From Clostridia bacterium (lineage in GTDB: Bacteria; Bacillota; Clostridia; Oscillospirales; CAG-382), in NCBI GenBank assembly GCA_017516825.1, contig JAFXBC010000068.1, positions 10,950 through 74,949 on the forward strand: a stretch of 64,000 nucleotides of DNA. The letters are read 5' to 3'. How positions within the stretch are numbered: the stretch's first letter is position 1; the number at the start of each line of letters is the position of its first letter. Made by a program: the position numbers and the translations under genes. Positions 20,918 through 29,318 of the stretch are shown here, one piece after another. The notes under the pieces were generated by a model. That model was not told the origin of the DNA, did no database searches, and saw only the letters and a program-made list of their open reading frames with translations.

Positions 20918-21762
20918 CCTCTTTTTGCTAAAACGACGCGATCATTTTTGGAATAATCCTTCAAAACCGCAACGCTGTAGCCCGCTTCCTCCAAAATACG
21001 GGAAACGTCCTCCCCTTGGTCGTAGCCGATCTCGAAAAGAATGATGCCGTTGGGCTTTAAGATCAGAGGAGCGTAGGCCACGATGGCGCGGTAATAGCGC
21101 AGACCGTCTTCCCCGCCGTCAAGAGCGTTGTGAGGCTCGTACTGCACCTCGGTGGACAGGAAGTCGATGACGTCCGTGGGGATGTAGGGCGGATTGGAGA
21201 TCAGCAGGTCGATCTGTCTGCCTGCTTTGATGGAAAGGGCGGCGTAGTCGTCTGCATCCAATACGTCGAAGCGAAGCACCTCCACGTTGGAGCAGGGATC
21301 CAGGTTACGGATGGTATAGGGCAAAGCCTTTTGGGAAAGCTCCAAGGCGTAGCCTCTGCAATCCGGAAGATTGGCACCGATGGCTCTGGAGATACAGCCG
21401 CTCCCGCTGCAAAGATCGGCAAAAACGTCGCCGGGCTGCAACAGCTTCAAAGCGGTCTCCACCAAAAGCTCGGTATCACTGCGGGGGATGAACACGCCGT
21501 CCCCAACAAAGATCTCCTGGCCGTAGAAGCAACAGCTTCCCAGAATGTACTGAATGGGCTTGCCGTAGGAAAGCTCCTTGATGGCCTTGCCGCAGAATTC
21601 CTCGGATTCCTCGGACATTTCCTCGTCCAGGACGGAAAGCATGGTTCCCCTGTCGGTCTCCAAAGCGGCGCAGAGCAACAGGTCTGCGATGGCGTTGGCT
21701 TCCTCGGGGTTCATCTCCGCAAGAATATCACGGAGTCTCGTTCTGTATTCCCTCACCAGCAT
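20914..21762 (-). CDS. prmC: Release factor glutamine methyltransferase PrmC (HemK)
   Basis: PIQYILG, FIPRSDTE, DLCSGSG, SNPPY, ALDGG.DGL and EIGYDQ. Confidence 0.95.
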   Translation of the reverse strand: MLVREYRTRLRDILAEMNPEEANAIADLLLCAALETDRGTMLSVLDEEMSEESEEFCGKAIKELSYGKPIQYILGSCCFYGQEIFVGDGVFIPRSDTELLVETALKLLQPGDVFADLCSGSGCISRAIGANLPDCRGYALELSQKALPYTIRNLDPCSNVEVLRFDVLDADDYAALSIKAGRQIDLLISNPPYIPTDVIDFLSTEVQYEPHNALDGGEDGLRYYRAIVAYAPLILKPNGIILFEIGYDQGEDVSRILEEAGYSVAVLKDYSKNDRVVLAKRG

Positions 21763-22846
21763 GGGGTTCTTCCTCCGTTTTCTTGGCTTCTTCCTCCGTT
21801 TTCTTGGCTTCTTCCTTCTTTTTCAGGTATTCTTCTTCATAAGGAATCTCAAAATCCGCAAATTCCTCGTGAAGTGCGGACTTGGTGGCCACGATGGCTA
21901 CCTCGATCATATCGTCGTCGGGCTCACGGGTGGTGATCCTTTGCATCCAGAGACCGGGGGCGGCAAGGATGCGTACCAGGGCGTTGTCGTGCTTACCTGC
22001 GTAGCGGATGAACTCATAACCCAGGCCAACGCAAACGGGAAGGAGCAACAGCTTCAACAGCACGCGCAACCAGCCCCAAACGTTGGGAATGAAGGCGATG
22101 GATACGATGATGGACAGGAACACCATAACGAACATAAAGGAGGTGCCACATCTGGGATGGAAGCGGCTCTGCTTGCGGACGTTTTCCACGTTCAATTCCA
22201 GCCCTGCTTCATAACAGAAGATGGTCTTATGCTCTGCGCCGTGGTACATATAGACGCGGCGGATCTCCTTCATCAAGGAGGTGAAGTACAGGTATCCAAT
22301 GAAGATCAGCACCTTCATCACACCTTCCACCAAGCACTTCAGACGGTTCATCCAGAAATCGCCGTCCAATTCATCCGGGAAGATCAGATTGGTGACGAAG
22401 GCGGGCAGGGCGATGAACAGCCCCATTGCCAGCAGGATGCCCAGCACCATGGCGATGGCGGACACGAAATTCAGAAGGCTCTTGCCGAAATGCTTTTCCA
22501 GCCACTTTTCGAACTTAGAGGGTTCCTCGGCCTGAAGCTCCTCCTCCAGACCCATCATCTCCGTAGAGGCGGTGAGGGTGGAAAAGGAAAGCTTGAACAT
22601 CTCCACCAGGTTGACCACGCCGCGGATCAGAGGAAGATCCAATACCTTATACTTACTGCGGATGGTGGTAGAGGGCTGGGTACGGACCACGATGGTCTTA
22701 TCGTCGGTACGGCGGACTGCCGTTGCCATTTGCTTGGGGGAGCGCATCATAACGCCTTCCATGACCGCCTGGCCGCCTACTTTTCCCAAACGGGGATTGG
22801 CGGGGCAGTTTTTTTCTGCATTCTTTTTCAAAAATTCACCTTCCAT
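21728..22846 (-). CDS. DUF1385 (YqhQ-like) membrane protein
   Basis: GGQAVMEGVMM, YHGAEHK, HPRCGTSF and Q..TTREP signatures; usual neighbour of prmC. Confidence 0.92.
   Translation of the reverse strand: MEGEFLKKNAEKNCPANPRLGKVGGQAVMEGVMMRSPKQMATAVRRTDDKTIVVRTQPSTTIRSKYKVLDLPLIRGVVNLVEMFKLSFSTLTASTEMMGLEEELQAEEPSKFEKWLEKHFGKSLLNFVSAIAMVLGILLAMGLFIALPAFVTNLIFPDELDGDFWMNRLKCLVEGVMKVLIFIGYLYFTSLMKEIRRVYMYHGAEHKTIFCYEAGLELNVENVRKQSRFHPRCGTSFMFVMVFLSIIVSIAFIPNVWGWLRVLLKLLLLPVCVGLGYEFIRYAGKHDNALVRILAAPGLWMQRITTREPDDDMIEVAIVATKSALHEEFADFEIPYEEEYLKKKEEAKKTEEEAKKTEEEPHAGEGIQNETP
21767..21815. repeat. 21-bp tandem duplication (2 copies plus partial) in the DUF1385 tail
   Basis: TTCTTCCTCCGTTTTCTTGGC occurs at 21767-21787 and 21788-21808; encodes AKKTEEE twice. 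Confidence 0.9.
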
Positions 22847-22869
22847 TCTTGCTTTTTTTATAAAGATGT

Positions 22870-22936
22870 ATTATACTGTAAACGGATGACGAAGTCATCT
22901 TTGCCTATTATACTCTCACAAGCACCAAAAAGTAAA
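22870..22936 (-). promoter_or_regulatory. Two tandem candidate sigmaA -10 boxes upstream of DUF1385-prmC
   Basis: Minus strand TATAAT at 22875-22870 (ATGACT 17 bp upstream) and at 22912-22907 (TTTACT 18 bp upstream). Confidence 0.4.
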
Positions 22937-22967
22937 GACTATTTGTAAATTTTTGTGAGGATTTTTT

Positions 22968-23285
22968 GTGGAAACCAAGAGATTTACCAAAAATGACAGC
23001 GGTTTTATCTGCGAGCACTGCAAAAAAGAGGTGCCGCCGCTGGTATATTCCTCCCGCAACCACTGCCCTTTCTGCCTTTGGTCTCTCCACGTGGATGAGC
23101 TTCCGGGGGATCGGGCCTGCACCTGCCGCGGGCAGATGAAGCCCTACGCGGTGGTGTCCCACCCCAAAAAGGGGTTTGTGATCACCCACAAGTGTACCCT
23201 TTGCGGCGAGGAAAAGAACAATCGCTCTCAGCAGGACGACGATATGGATCTGCTGATCCGTCTTACCAACCCATATAACAGGTGA
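22968..23285 (+). CDS. RNHCP domain Zn-binding protein
   Basis: F.CEHC...RNHCPFCLWSLHVD..PGDR...C.G.M signature; GTG start with GAGG RBS. Confidence 0.92.
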   Translation: METKRFTKNDSGFICEHCKKEVPPLVYSSRNHCPFCLWSLHVDELPGDRACTCRGQMKPYAVVSHPKKGFVITHKCTLCGEEKNNRSQQDDDMDLLIRLTNPYNR

Positions 23286-24346
23286 CGAAATTGAAAAGAA
23301 AAGCTGAACTTTCACCCGCACTTTCCGCACTTTATATGCTTTTGCTGGGCTTGCTTGCCTGCGTCGCTTCCTTGACCATGCGGCCTTCCGCGGGGATCTG
23401 GAGCACGTTGCCCTTATATCCCATTTGCGTGGCGGCGGCTTGCTTTATTCCCGCAAAGCCCTGGCATCGGTTTTTATTCTTCGGCGGGATCACCCTGCTT
23501 TTGAATCTGGCGGAAAGCACTCCCATGGAAAGCCTTCCCTATCTGCTGGTGGCAATAGGATGCTTTGGGGCAGTCTCTATTGCCATGGCACTGCTCAAGA
23601 GCAAGAAGCTGAAGAAAAGCCTCATCGGCGGCGGCATTCTGGTTTGTTATCTTGCGTTCTCTTTTCTGTATATGGGCAATCCCTTTGCCGCATTCGGAAA
23701 AAGTGCGGTATTGAACGAATATATTCAGACCCATTACGGAGAAGGCAATCATTTTGAGAACGTGCGGTACGACACCGTTTCCGGCTGTTACGCCGTGACG
23801 GCTTATAACAAGAAGTTCCCCTCCGAGACGGCGGAGATCTTCCTGATGGGAGACCGCGTGATCGATCACTATCGGGAATTGGTGGAACAGCAGGCTATGC
23901 GGGAGCAGGCATTGGTATTGACCACAACTCTGCGAGAAGCGTTCCCCAAGGATTCCTTCACGGTGGTCGGTGTGAAGATCGACGGATTTTTGGAAAACGG
24001 AGAAAAATACGACGCCTACGAGACCAAGGCTGATCCCAAGGATATGCATTTTTACGTGGAGCTTTCCGGGAAGCCGATCTTTGAAAAATACTACGAGGGC
24101 GTGCAAGGGTATGCAAGAACCTTTGCCATGCTGAAAACGGAGTTTGCTTCCGTGACCTATCTTTGCGGGACGGGGTTGCATTTCCGAGTGGCCATCAACC
24201 CACAGATTTCCGACGGCTTCTACGTCACCCCGGAAAAGATCGCCATCCATACCGTTGCACATCCGGAGAACCATTATTATCTCCGGGCTTACGAGGATTG
24301 GAATCTGGTCAAGCGTATCGGCGCCCTTGACAAAGAGGAAGAATAA
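23282..24346 (+). CDS. Hypothetical membrane protein (about 5 N-terminal TMs plus a soluble domain)
   Basis: Long ORF coupled to the RNHCP stop (GTGA); hydrophobic N-terminal third; followed by a terminator. Confidence 0.7.
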   Translation: MTKLKRKAELSPALSALYMLLLGLLACVASLTMRPSAGIWSTLPLYPICVAAACFIPAKPWHRFLFFGGITLLLNLAESTPMESLPYLLVAIGCFGAVSIAMALLKSKKLKKSLIGGGILVCYLAFSFLYMGNPFAAFGKSAVLNEYIQTHYGEGNHFENVRYDTVSGCYAVTAYNKKFPSETAEIFLMGDRVIDHYRELVEQQAMREQALVLTTTLREAFPKDSFTVVGVKIDGFLENGEKYDAYETKADPKDMHFYVELSGKPIFEKYYEGVQGYARTFAMLKTEFASVTYLCGTGLHFRVAINPQISDGFYVTPEKIAIHTVAHPENHYYLRAYEDWNLVKRIGALDKEEE

Positions 24347-24352
24347 GCACAC

Positions 24353-24386
24353 AAAAAGCCATCTTTTGCGGATGGCTTTTTTCTTT
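24353..24386 (+). terminator. Intrinsic terminator
   Basis: AAAAAGCCATC-TTTTGCG-GATGGCTTTTT followed by TCTTT. Confidence 0.85.
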
Positions 24387-24502
24387 GAATACAGGAAGGA
24401 ACAGCGGGCAAAAATACCCTTGGAAAGGGTAACGGCAAACCCGTCTTCCACATATTCTGTTCTCGGGGGAACTCCCCCACGGGACATCGAGGAGTGTTTA
24501 TC

Positions 24503-24913
24503 TTGAAAGGACAACCGAACAGCGGTGAACGGGGCTCCGTTCGCCGAGGTGACATTTTTTACGCCGATCTCAGCCCTGTGGTCGGCTCGGAGCAAGGCGG
24601 CGTACGGCCCGTGCTCATCGTGCAGAACAACGTGGGCAACCGATACAGTCCTACGGTGATCGCTGCGGCCATCACCAGCCAGACAGGGAAAAACAAGCTT
24701 CCAACCCACATCGAGGTGGAGGGACAGCCGGTTGGGGACGGCAATCACAACGGACTTGCAAAGAATTCCATCATCCTTTTGGAGCAGATCCGCACCATCG
24801 ATAAGCGACGGCTGAAGGAAAAGATGGGGCATTTGGACGACCGCACCATGCACATGGTGGACGAGGCCATTTCCGTCAGCTTTGGGCTGGGAGACGGCGG
24901 CAATACGGTATAA
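24503..24913 (+). CDS. mazF: PemK/MazF-family endoribonuclease toxin (NdoA-like)
   Basis: [43 protein letters not shown]...LPTH...LEQIRTIDK is the NdoA signature. TTG 24503 lies 8 nt after GAGGAG. Confidence 0.95.
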   Translation: MKGQPNSGERGSVRRGDIFYADLSPVVGSEQGGVRPVLIVQNNVGNRYSPTVIAAAITSQTGKNKLPTHIEVEGQPVGDGNHNGLAKNSIILLEQIRTIDKRRLKEKMGHLDDRTMHMVDEAISVSFGLGDGGNTV

Positions 24914-24925
24914 AGTTTACGTCAA

Positions 24926-24960
24926 ATCGAGGCTGAGTCTTTTGACCCAGCCTCGTTTCG
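24926..24960. terminator. Probable bidirectional terminator between mazF and the convergent DUF4855 gene
   Basis: CGAGGCTG...CAGCCTCG stem with short T/A flanks. Confidence 0.6.
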
Positions 24961-27084
24961 TTATTTGCGTTTCTTGGTCAGCAAGGCGACTACGGCGAGA
25001 ACGGCCGCAGCAGCCCAAACTGCAATCAGGATCCAGAGGTAGCTTCCGCCCCTGGAGGGTTCCTCGGGAACGGAAGGTGCATTGGAAGGCTCTTCCGAAA
25101 CAGCGGGAGGTTCTTCGCCCACATGGAGGACCAGGGTGTATTCCATGGTCTCGTTCTGGCCGTCGGTGACGGTGATGATCACCTCCGCATCCCCCGTAAA
25201 GCCTTCGTCGGGGATAAAGATCAAACTCTTTTTGGTGGCGGAGATCTGTGCTCTGCCATTGGCGCAGGATTCCACCACCGCCTTCAGGTCTCCGGGGAAG
25301 GAATCGGCATCGGAAACAGATATCCCGATCTCAGAGCGTTCCCCTGCAGGGACGTAGGCTTCTTTGGGGATCTCGCAGGAGGGAGGAAGATTTTCATAGG
25401 TCTCTTTAATGAACTGATAGGTGATATCGTAGAGACGGCGAAGTCTGCGGTCGTTGCCACCGCCTCCGGTAGAGTGGCAGAAGTTATACAGCGTACCCGG
25501 TCCGGCTCCCTGGTAGAAGGTGTGAAGGGCGCTCATGTATCCCGTTTTGTAGCCTGCGAAAAGATACCGCTCGTAGTTATGGACGGCCTCCGCCATAGTC
25601 TCTGTGTTGGTAAAGAAGGAGGGCTCATTGGTTTCCATCTCAACGCCCAAATGGTATTTCCCGATGGTATCGGCAAACTCCCAAAGCATTTCCGTATCAA
25701 AGTAGGGACGGCTGTCGGTGAATGCCACGTTGGGCTGCATCACGGCGGCGTCGAAACCAAGCTCCTGCCAATGGTCAAAGCCTGTGGACAGGTAGAAGGG
25801 ATCGAACAGCACGGATTTCCCGCCGTCCTCAATGGCCTTGGTGGCAAGCTTGGTGAATCTTGCCTCGTCCTCCGACCAGGAATAGTTTACTTCCTCGCCG
25901 TACCAATAATAGCCTACCAGCTCTAAGTGGGAAAAGTTTGCCTGTTCAAAGCGTTGCGTGACGTATTCGTCGTACCATTTTACGGCAGCGGCACGCTCCT
26001 CGGGGGTGCGGGTATAATCCGCCTTGCCATCACCGTCCAGGTCGCCGAAGGGCTTGGTGGGGATCCCCGCGTAGGGCATGGTCAAAAGCACGGGGAATTT
26101 TCCTTCGATGCCCAGCTTGGAATACACCTGCTCTACGGCGGTGTTCAAGGCGTCCAAGTCGTAGCCTTCCTCGAACAGAAAATCGGTATAGTAGATCCAG
26201 TCGCTCATCACGGCGGCAGGGTACTTGGGGGTTTTTACCAGGGTACCGCCGGAAGGATACGCAAAGTTGGTGGAGACGCAGGGAACGAATGCTACGGCGT
26301 CAAACATGGTGTCCTTGATCTCACCTTCCGCAGAGAGATAGGCCACGTAGGGCAACAGCTCCTCTACGGTGTTTTGGGCTCTGTCCTGGGCAGAGGGGAA
26401 ATAGCCGTTGTACATCTTGATGACGTCGGTGATGCCCTCCAAAGAAGTGCAGTAGTAGGATTCCTCGGGACTATCGGGTTTGATGGTCAATTCCTGCCCG
26501 GTGAGGGTCTTGCTGCCGTAGATCTCGATCTCGTCGCAGACACCGAAAATATCACAGCAGTACTCCACCCGCACGTATTTTGCGGCGGTGGGCTCGATAG
26601 AGAGCTTGGCGTCAAAGCGGCGCGAGGAGGCGTTCAGCGGGAAGGAGGGGTTACAGGTGCCTGCCAGAAACCAATCTTCCCCGTTGTCGGAGAGATACAG
26701 ATTCACGTAGCGAGGCGCGTAGAAGGCAGAGCCGCTGTCGTGGTAAAAGCCTGCGGAAAAGCCGTCGACGGCTACGGGAGCGTCGAAGGCAAAGGTGACG
26801 TAGCGAGAGCGGGAGCGGAAGGTGGCGTACCAGGCGGGATCCTTGACGCCGCTTTTGGCACGAACGCCGTCGGTGAGCTTCCCTGCAATGCCAAGGCCGT
26901 CCTCGCTGTCGTAGGTAGCTCCGTTTTCGGAAAAGTTGGAATAGGAATGTTGGGTAGGGACTCCGTTCTCCACGGTGTACGCCATTCCGGACACCAGGTT
27001 GACACTCTCGGCGGTTGCAGAGCCTGTCAAGGGCAAAAGCAAAGAGAGCAGGATCAGGGGAACGACCATCATCTTCTTAAACAT
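24961..27084 (-). CDS. Membrane-anchored surface protein: discoidin/F5-8-like domain, DUF4855, Ig/cadherin-like domain, C-terminal TM
   Basis: Signal peptide; LTDG..W / P..V.L.LS.NG..W / AKYVRV discoidin pattern; DTMFD, GYYW..E, MQPN, GVEME, FYQG DUF4855-type motifs; P/E linker, TM, KKRK. ATG 27084 with AAGGAG RBS. Confidence 0.7.
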   Translation of the reverse strand: MFKKMMVVPLILLSLLLPLTGSATAESVNLVSGMAYTVENGVPTQHSYSNFSENGATYDSEDGLGIAGKLTDGVRAKSGVKDPAWYATFRSRSRYVTFAFDAPVAVDGFSAGFYHDSGSAFYAPRYVNLYLSDNGEDWFLAGTCNPSFPLNASSRRFDAKLSIEPTAAKYVRVEYCCDIFGVCDEIEIYGSKTLTGQELTIKPDSPEESYYCTSLEGITDVIKMYNGYFPSAQDRAQNTVEELLPYVAYLSAEGEIKDTMFDAVAFVPCVSTNFAYPSGGTLVKTPKYPAAVMSDWIYYTDFLFEEGYDLDALNTAVEQVYSKLGIEGKFPVLLTMPYAGIPTKPFGDLDGDGKADYTRTPEERAAAVKWYDEYVTQRFEQANFSHLELVGYYWYGEEVNYSWSEDEARFTKLATKAIEDGGKSVLFDPFYLSTGFDHWQELGFDAAVMQPNVAFTDSRPYFDTEMLWEFADTIGKYHLGVEMETNEPSFFTNTETMAEAVHNYERYLFAGYKTGYMSALHTFYQGAGPGTLYNFCHSTGGGGNDRRLRRLYDITYQFIKETYENLPPSCEIPKEAYVPAGERSEIGISVSDADSFPGDLKAVVESCANGRAQISATKKSLIFIPDEGFTGDAEVIITVTDGQNETMEYTLVLHVGEEPPAVSEEPSNAPSVPEEPSRGGSYLWILIAVWAAAAVLAVVALLTKKRK

Positions 27085-27191
27085 ACGCGCATCTCCTTTT
27101 TCTTCTTGGATACAGTATAAAGGTTTTTTGGCCAAATTGCAAGAGCTGTCTGAAACTTTTTTGCATATACTGTCTATCAGAGGTGTTGTTT

Positions 27192-27917
27192 ATGTTGGAC
27201 GGTAAGACAATTGCTTTTCGGTTGCCCTGCGGGACGCCTGCTTTTTCCGTAGCCTTCAGAGGAAACGAGGGCTTTGCGGCGGTGGACGGGCGGGAAAACG
27301 CAGTCTATCTCTTTTCCTGTTGCGGGGCGTTTTTGGAGACAATTCATACGGCAAGGGCTTACGAGGTTTTGACGGAAATGGGAGACTTGGGGTATCTTGC
27401 CCTTCCCCGCTGTATCTGCAGACGGTTTTCCAATCGGGTATACCTGTTAAACGGACGATTCGAGGAAGTGGGAAGCTTGGAGCTTTCCGGCGAATGCGAG
27501 GACTGCGGCGAACTGAACGACGTGTTTTTCACGGAAGACGGAGAGATCATGGCCATTTTCAAAAACAGCCTGCGGGTATACGATCTCACCGGGAAGGAAA
27601 TAGACAGAATGACGGATCCCGCCTCGCGGATGCTTTTCAACGTAGCTACCAACAAGGAGCTGACGGCTGTACACCATCGCCGCAGGTGGGGGGATCTGCT
27701 GACGGTAGCCGCCGAAAACGATAGCCAGATAAAGGCTATTTGCGGACGTCTTGTCCTGCGGGATCTGATCCCCGGCGGGGAGGGCGTGTTTTACGGACTT
27801 TTCGGATATCGTTATCAGTACAATTATCTTCTGCCGGTGTATGCCGACGGACGGATGGTATTGCCACGCGAGGATGAGCTTTTCACCTTTCTGCAAAATG
27901 TTACGCCCTGTTCTTGA
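27192..27917 (+). CDS. Hypothetical Cys-rich protein (beta-propeller-like)
   Basis: ORF with GAGGTG RBS before ATG 27192; no family recognised. Confidence 0.6.
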   Translation: MLDGKTIAFRLPCGTPAFSVAFRGNEGFAAVDGRENAVYLFSCCGAFLETIHTARAYEVLTEMGDLGYLALPRCICRRFSNRVYLLNGRFEEVGSLELSGECEDCGELNDVFFTEDGEIMAIFKNSLRVYDLTGKEIDRMTDPASRMLFNVATNKELTAVHHRRRWGDLLTVAAENDSQIKAICGRLVLRDLIPGGEGVFYGLFGYRYQYNYLLPVYADGRMVLPREDELFTFLQNVTPCS

Positions 27918-27942
27918 AAAGAAGGAAAAGATGTGATACAAT
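27914..27942 (+). promoter_or_regulatory. Putative sigmaA promoter (extended -10) for nnrD-lipoprotein-alr
   Basis: TTGAAA (27914-27919), 17 bp ending in TGA, then TACAAT (27937-27942); GAGGAGG RBS at 27952-27958. Confidence 0.65.
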
Positions 27943-27967
27943 GCTTCCTGTGAGGAGGTATTTTCAC

Positions 27968-28777
27968 ATGACGGAGCAGATCGACGGAAGGATTTTGGAG
28001 CGTTTGTTACCCAGACCCGAAGAGTCTCACAAGGGAAGCTTCGGCACTCTTGCTATGCTTTGCGGCTGTGACGATATGCCCGGTGCGGCGTATCTTGCGG
28101 CTTCCGGTGCGTTGCGAAGCGGCGTAGGGCTTTTGATGGCGGCGGCAGAGGGGAGCTTGCGGACTGTTTTGCAGACTCGTCTTGCGGAGCCTGTATGGAT
28201 CACCCCCGATGCACTTCCCCATCCCGCACAAACGGCTTTCCTTTGCGGATGCGGGTTGGGGCGGACGAGGGATCAATTGTTGAAGACCCTTTTGCCCAAG
28301 ATTTCCGTTCCCGCCGTTTTCGATGCGGATTGCATAAATTTCTTTGCGCTGCATAAGGATGTGTTGGACGGACTTTCCGCGCCTTGCGTGCTGACACCCC
28401 ATCCCATGGAATTCTCCAGACTTACAGGGCTTTCCGTGGGAGAGATCCAAGCCGACCGGGAAGGCCTTGCCGCCGCTTTTGCACATCAACACGGCTGTGT
28501 TCTGGTTTTGAAGGGACACAGGACGGCGGTTGCTTCCCCCGACGGCAGGGTATTCGTAAACACCAGCGGCTGTAACGCGCTGGCAAAGGGCGGTAGCGGC
28601 GACGTGCTGGCAGGGGTGATCGCTTCTCTCCTGGCCCAGGGGCATTCCTGCTTGGATGCCGCCTGCATCGGCGTTTATGCTCACGGCCTTGCGGGAGAAC
28701 GGTTGGCAGAGAAGCACGGCGCAAGAGGGGTTTTGCCCTCCGATCTGCCTATGGAGATCGGGAGGATTTTGGGATAA
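27968..28777 (+). CDS. nnrD: ADP-dependent NAD(P)H-hydrate dehydratase NnrD (no NnrE domain)
   Basis: SHKGSFG, GAAYLA...ALRSGVGL, GCGLG, FDAD, LTPHPMEF, VLKG and LAKGGSGDVLAG. Confidence 0.93.
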   Translation: MTEQIDGRILERLLPRPEESHKGSFGTLAMLCGCDDMPGAAYLAASGALRSGVGLLMAAAEGSLRTVLQTRLAEPVWITPDALPHPAQTAFLCGCGLGRTRDQLLKTLLPKISVPAVFDADCINFFALHKDVLDGLSAPCVLTPHPMEFSRLTGLSVGEIQADREGLAAAFAHQHGCVLVLKGHRTAVASPDGRVFVNTSGCNALAKGGSGDVLAGVIASLLAQGHSCLDAACIGVYAHGLAGERLAEKHGARGVLPSDLPMEIGRILG

Positions 28778-28811
28778 GTCCGTATCTGAATAGAAACGGG
28801 ACGATTTTGCA

Positions 28812-29318
28812 TTGAAAAAGCTTTTGTTGTTACCTTTGTTTTGTATTCTGCTTTGGGGCTGTACCGGGGACGCTCCCCCGCCCGAGGAGTCATTTTGCGC
28901 CGCGATGGAGATCACCTTTGCCACGGAGGGTGTGGAGGGGATCCTGACGGTAACGGAGGAAGGCTGTACCTTTGGGTTCACCAAGCCCGATACGCTGAAA
29001 AAGCTGACTTTGTTCTACGACGGGGCAGAGCTTACCGCAAAGTACGGGAGCATGGAGACCAAGGTGCCGAAATCCTTTCTGGGGAGGATCCTGCCCATTT
29101 ACGACCTGCTTTCGGCCTTCCGCGACGGAACCCCCGAGCAGACGGGAGAAAATATCCGCAGGGTAGCTCTTGACGAACGGGAGTTTTTGTTGTATTATAA
29201 TGTGGAGACCAACCGGATCACAGAGTTGGAAGTGAAAGGAGCAGACGGCACGTACGTATACGAGGTGCTTTCCTACATAGAAAAGAATGACGACACAGAG
29301 AGTGCGGGTTCAGATTGA
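28812..29318 (+). CDS. Lipoprotein, possibly LolA-like (occupies the ydcC position before alr)
   Basis: Lipobox LWGC; F..P..L..L...YDG beta-rich pattern; synteny between nnrD and alr. Confidence 0.6.
   Translation: MKKLLLLPLFCILLWGCTGDAPPPEESFCAAMEITFATEGVEGILTVTEEGCTFGFTKPDTLKKLTLFYDGAELTAKYGSMETKVPKSFLGRILPIYDLLSAFRDGTPEQTGENIRRVALDEREFLLYYNVETNRITELEVKGADGTYVYEVLSYIEKNDDTESAGSD

Noticed and set aside
24405-24445. GGGCAAA...hairpin...GGCAAA resembling a c-di-GMP-I riboswitch upstream of mazF
   Set aside because: No clean GNRA tetraloop and no second stem with a tetraloop receptor. An Infernal scan with the Rfam c-di-GMP-I model would be needed; not called.
24255-24506. 83-aa ORF upstream of mazF as a candidate antitoxin
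   Set aside because: It overlaps the previous gene, runs through an intrinsic terminator, has no RBS and has no RHH or AbrB-like pattern.
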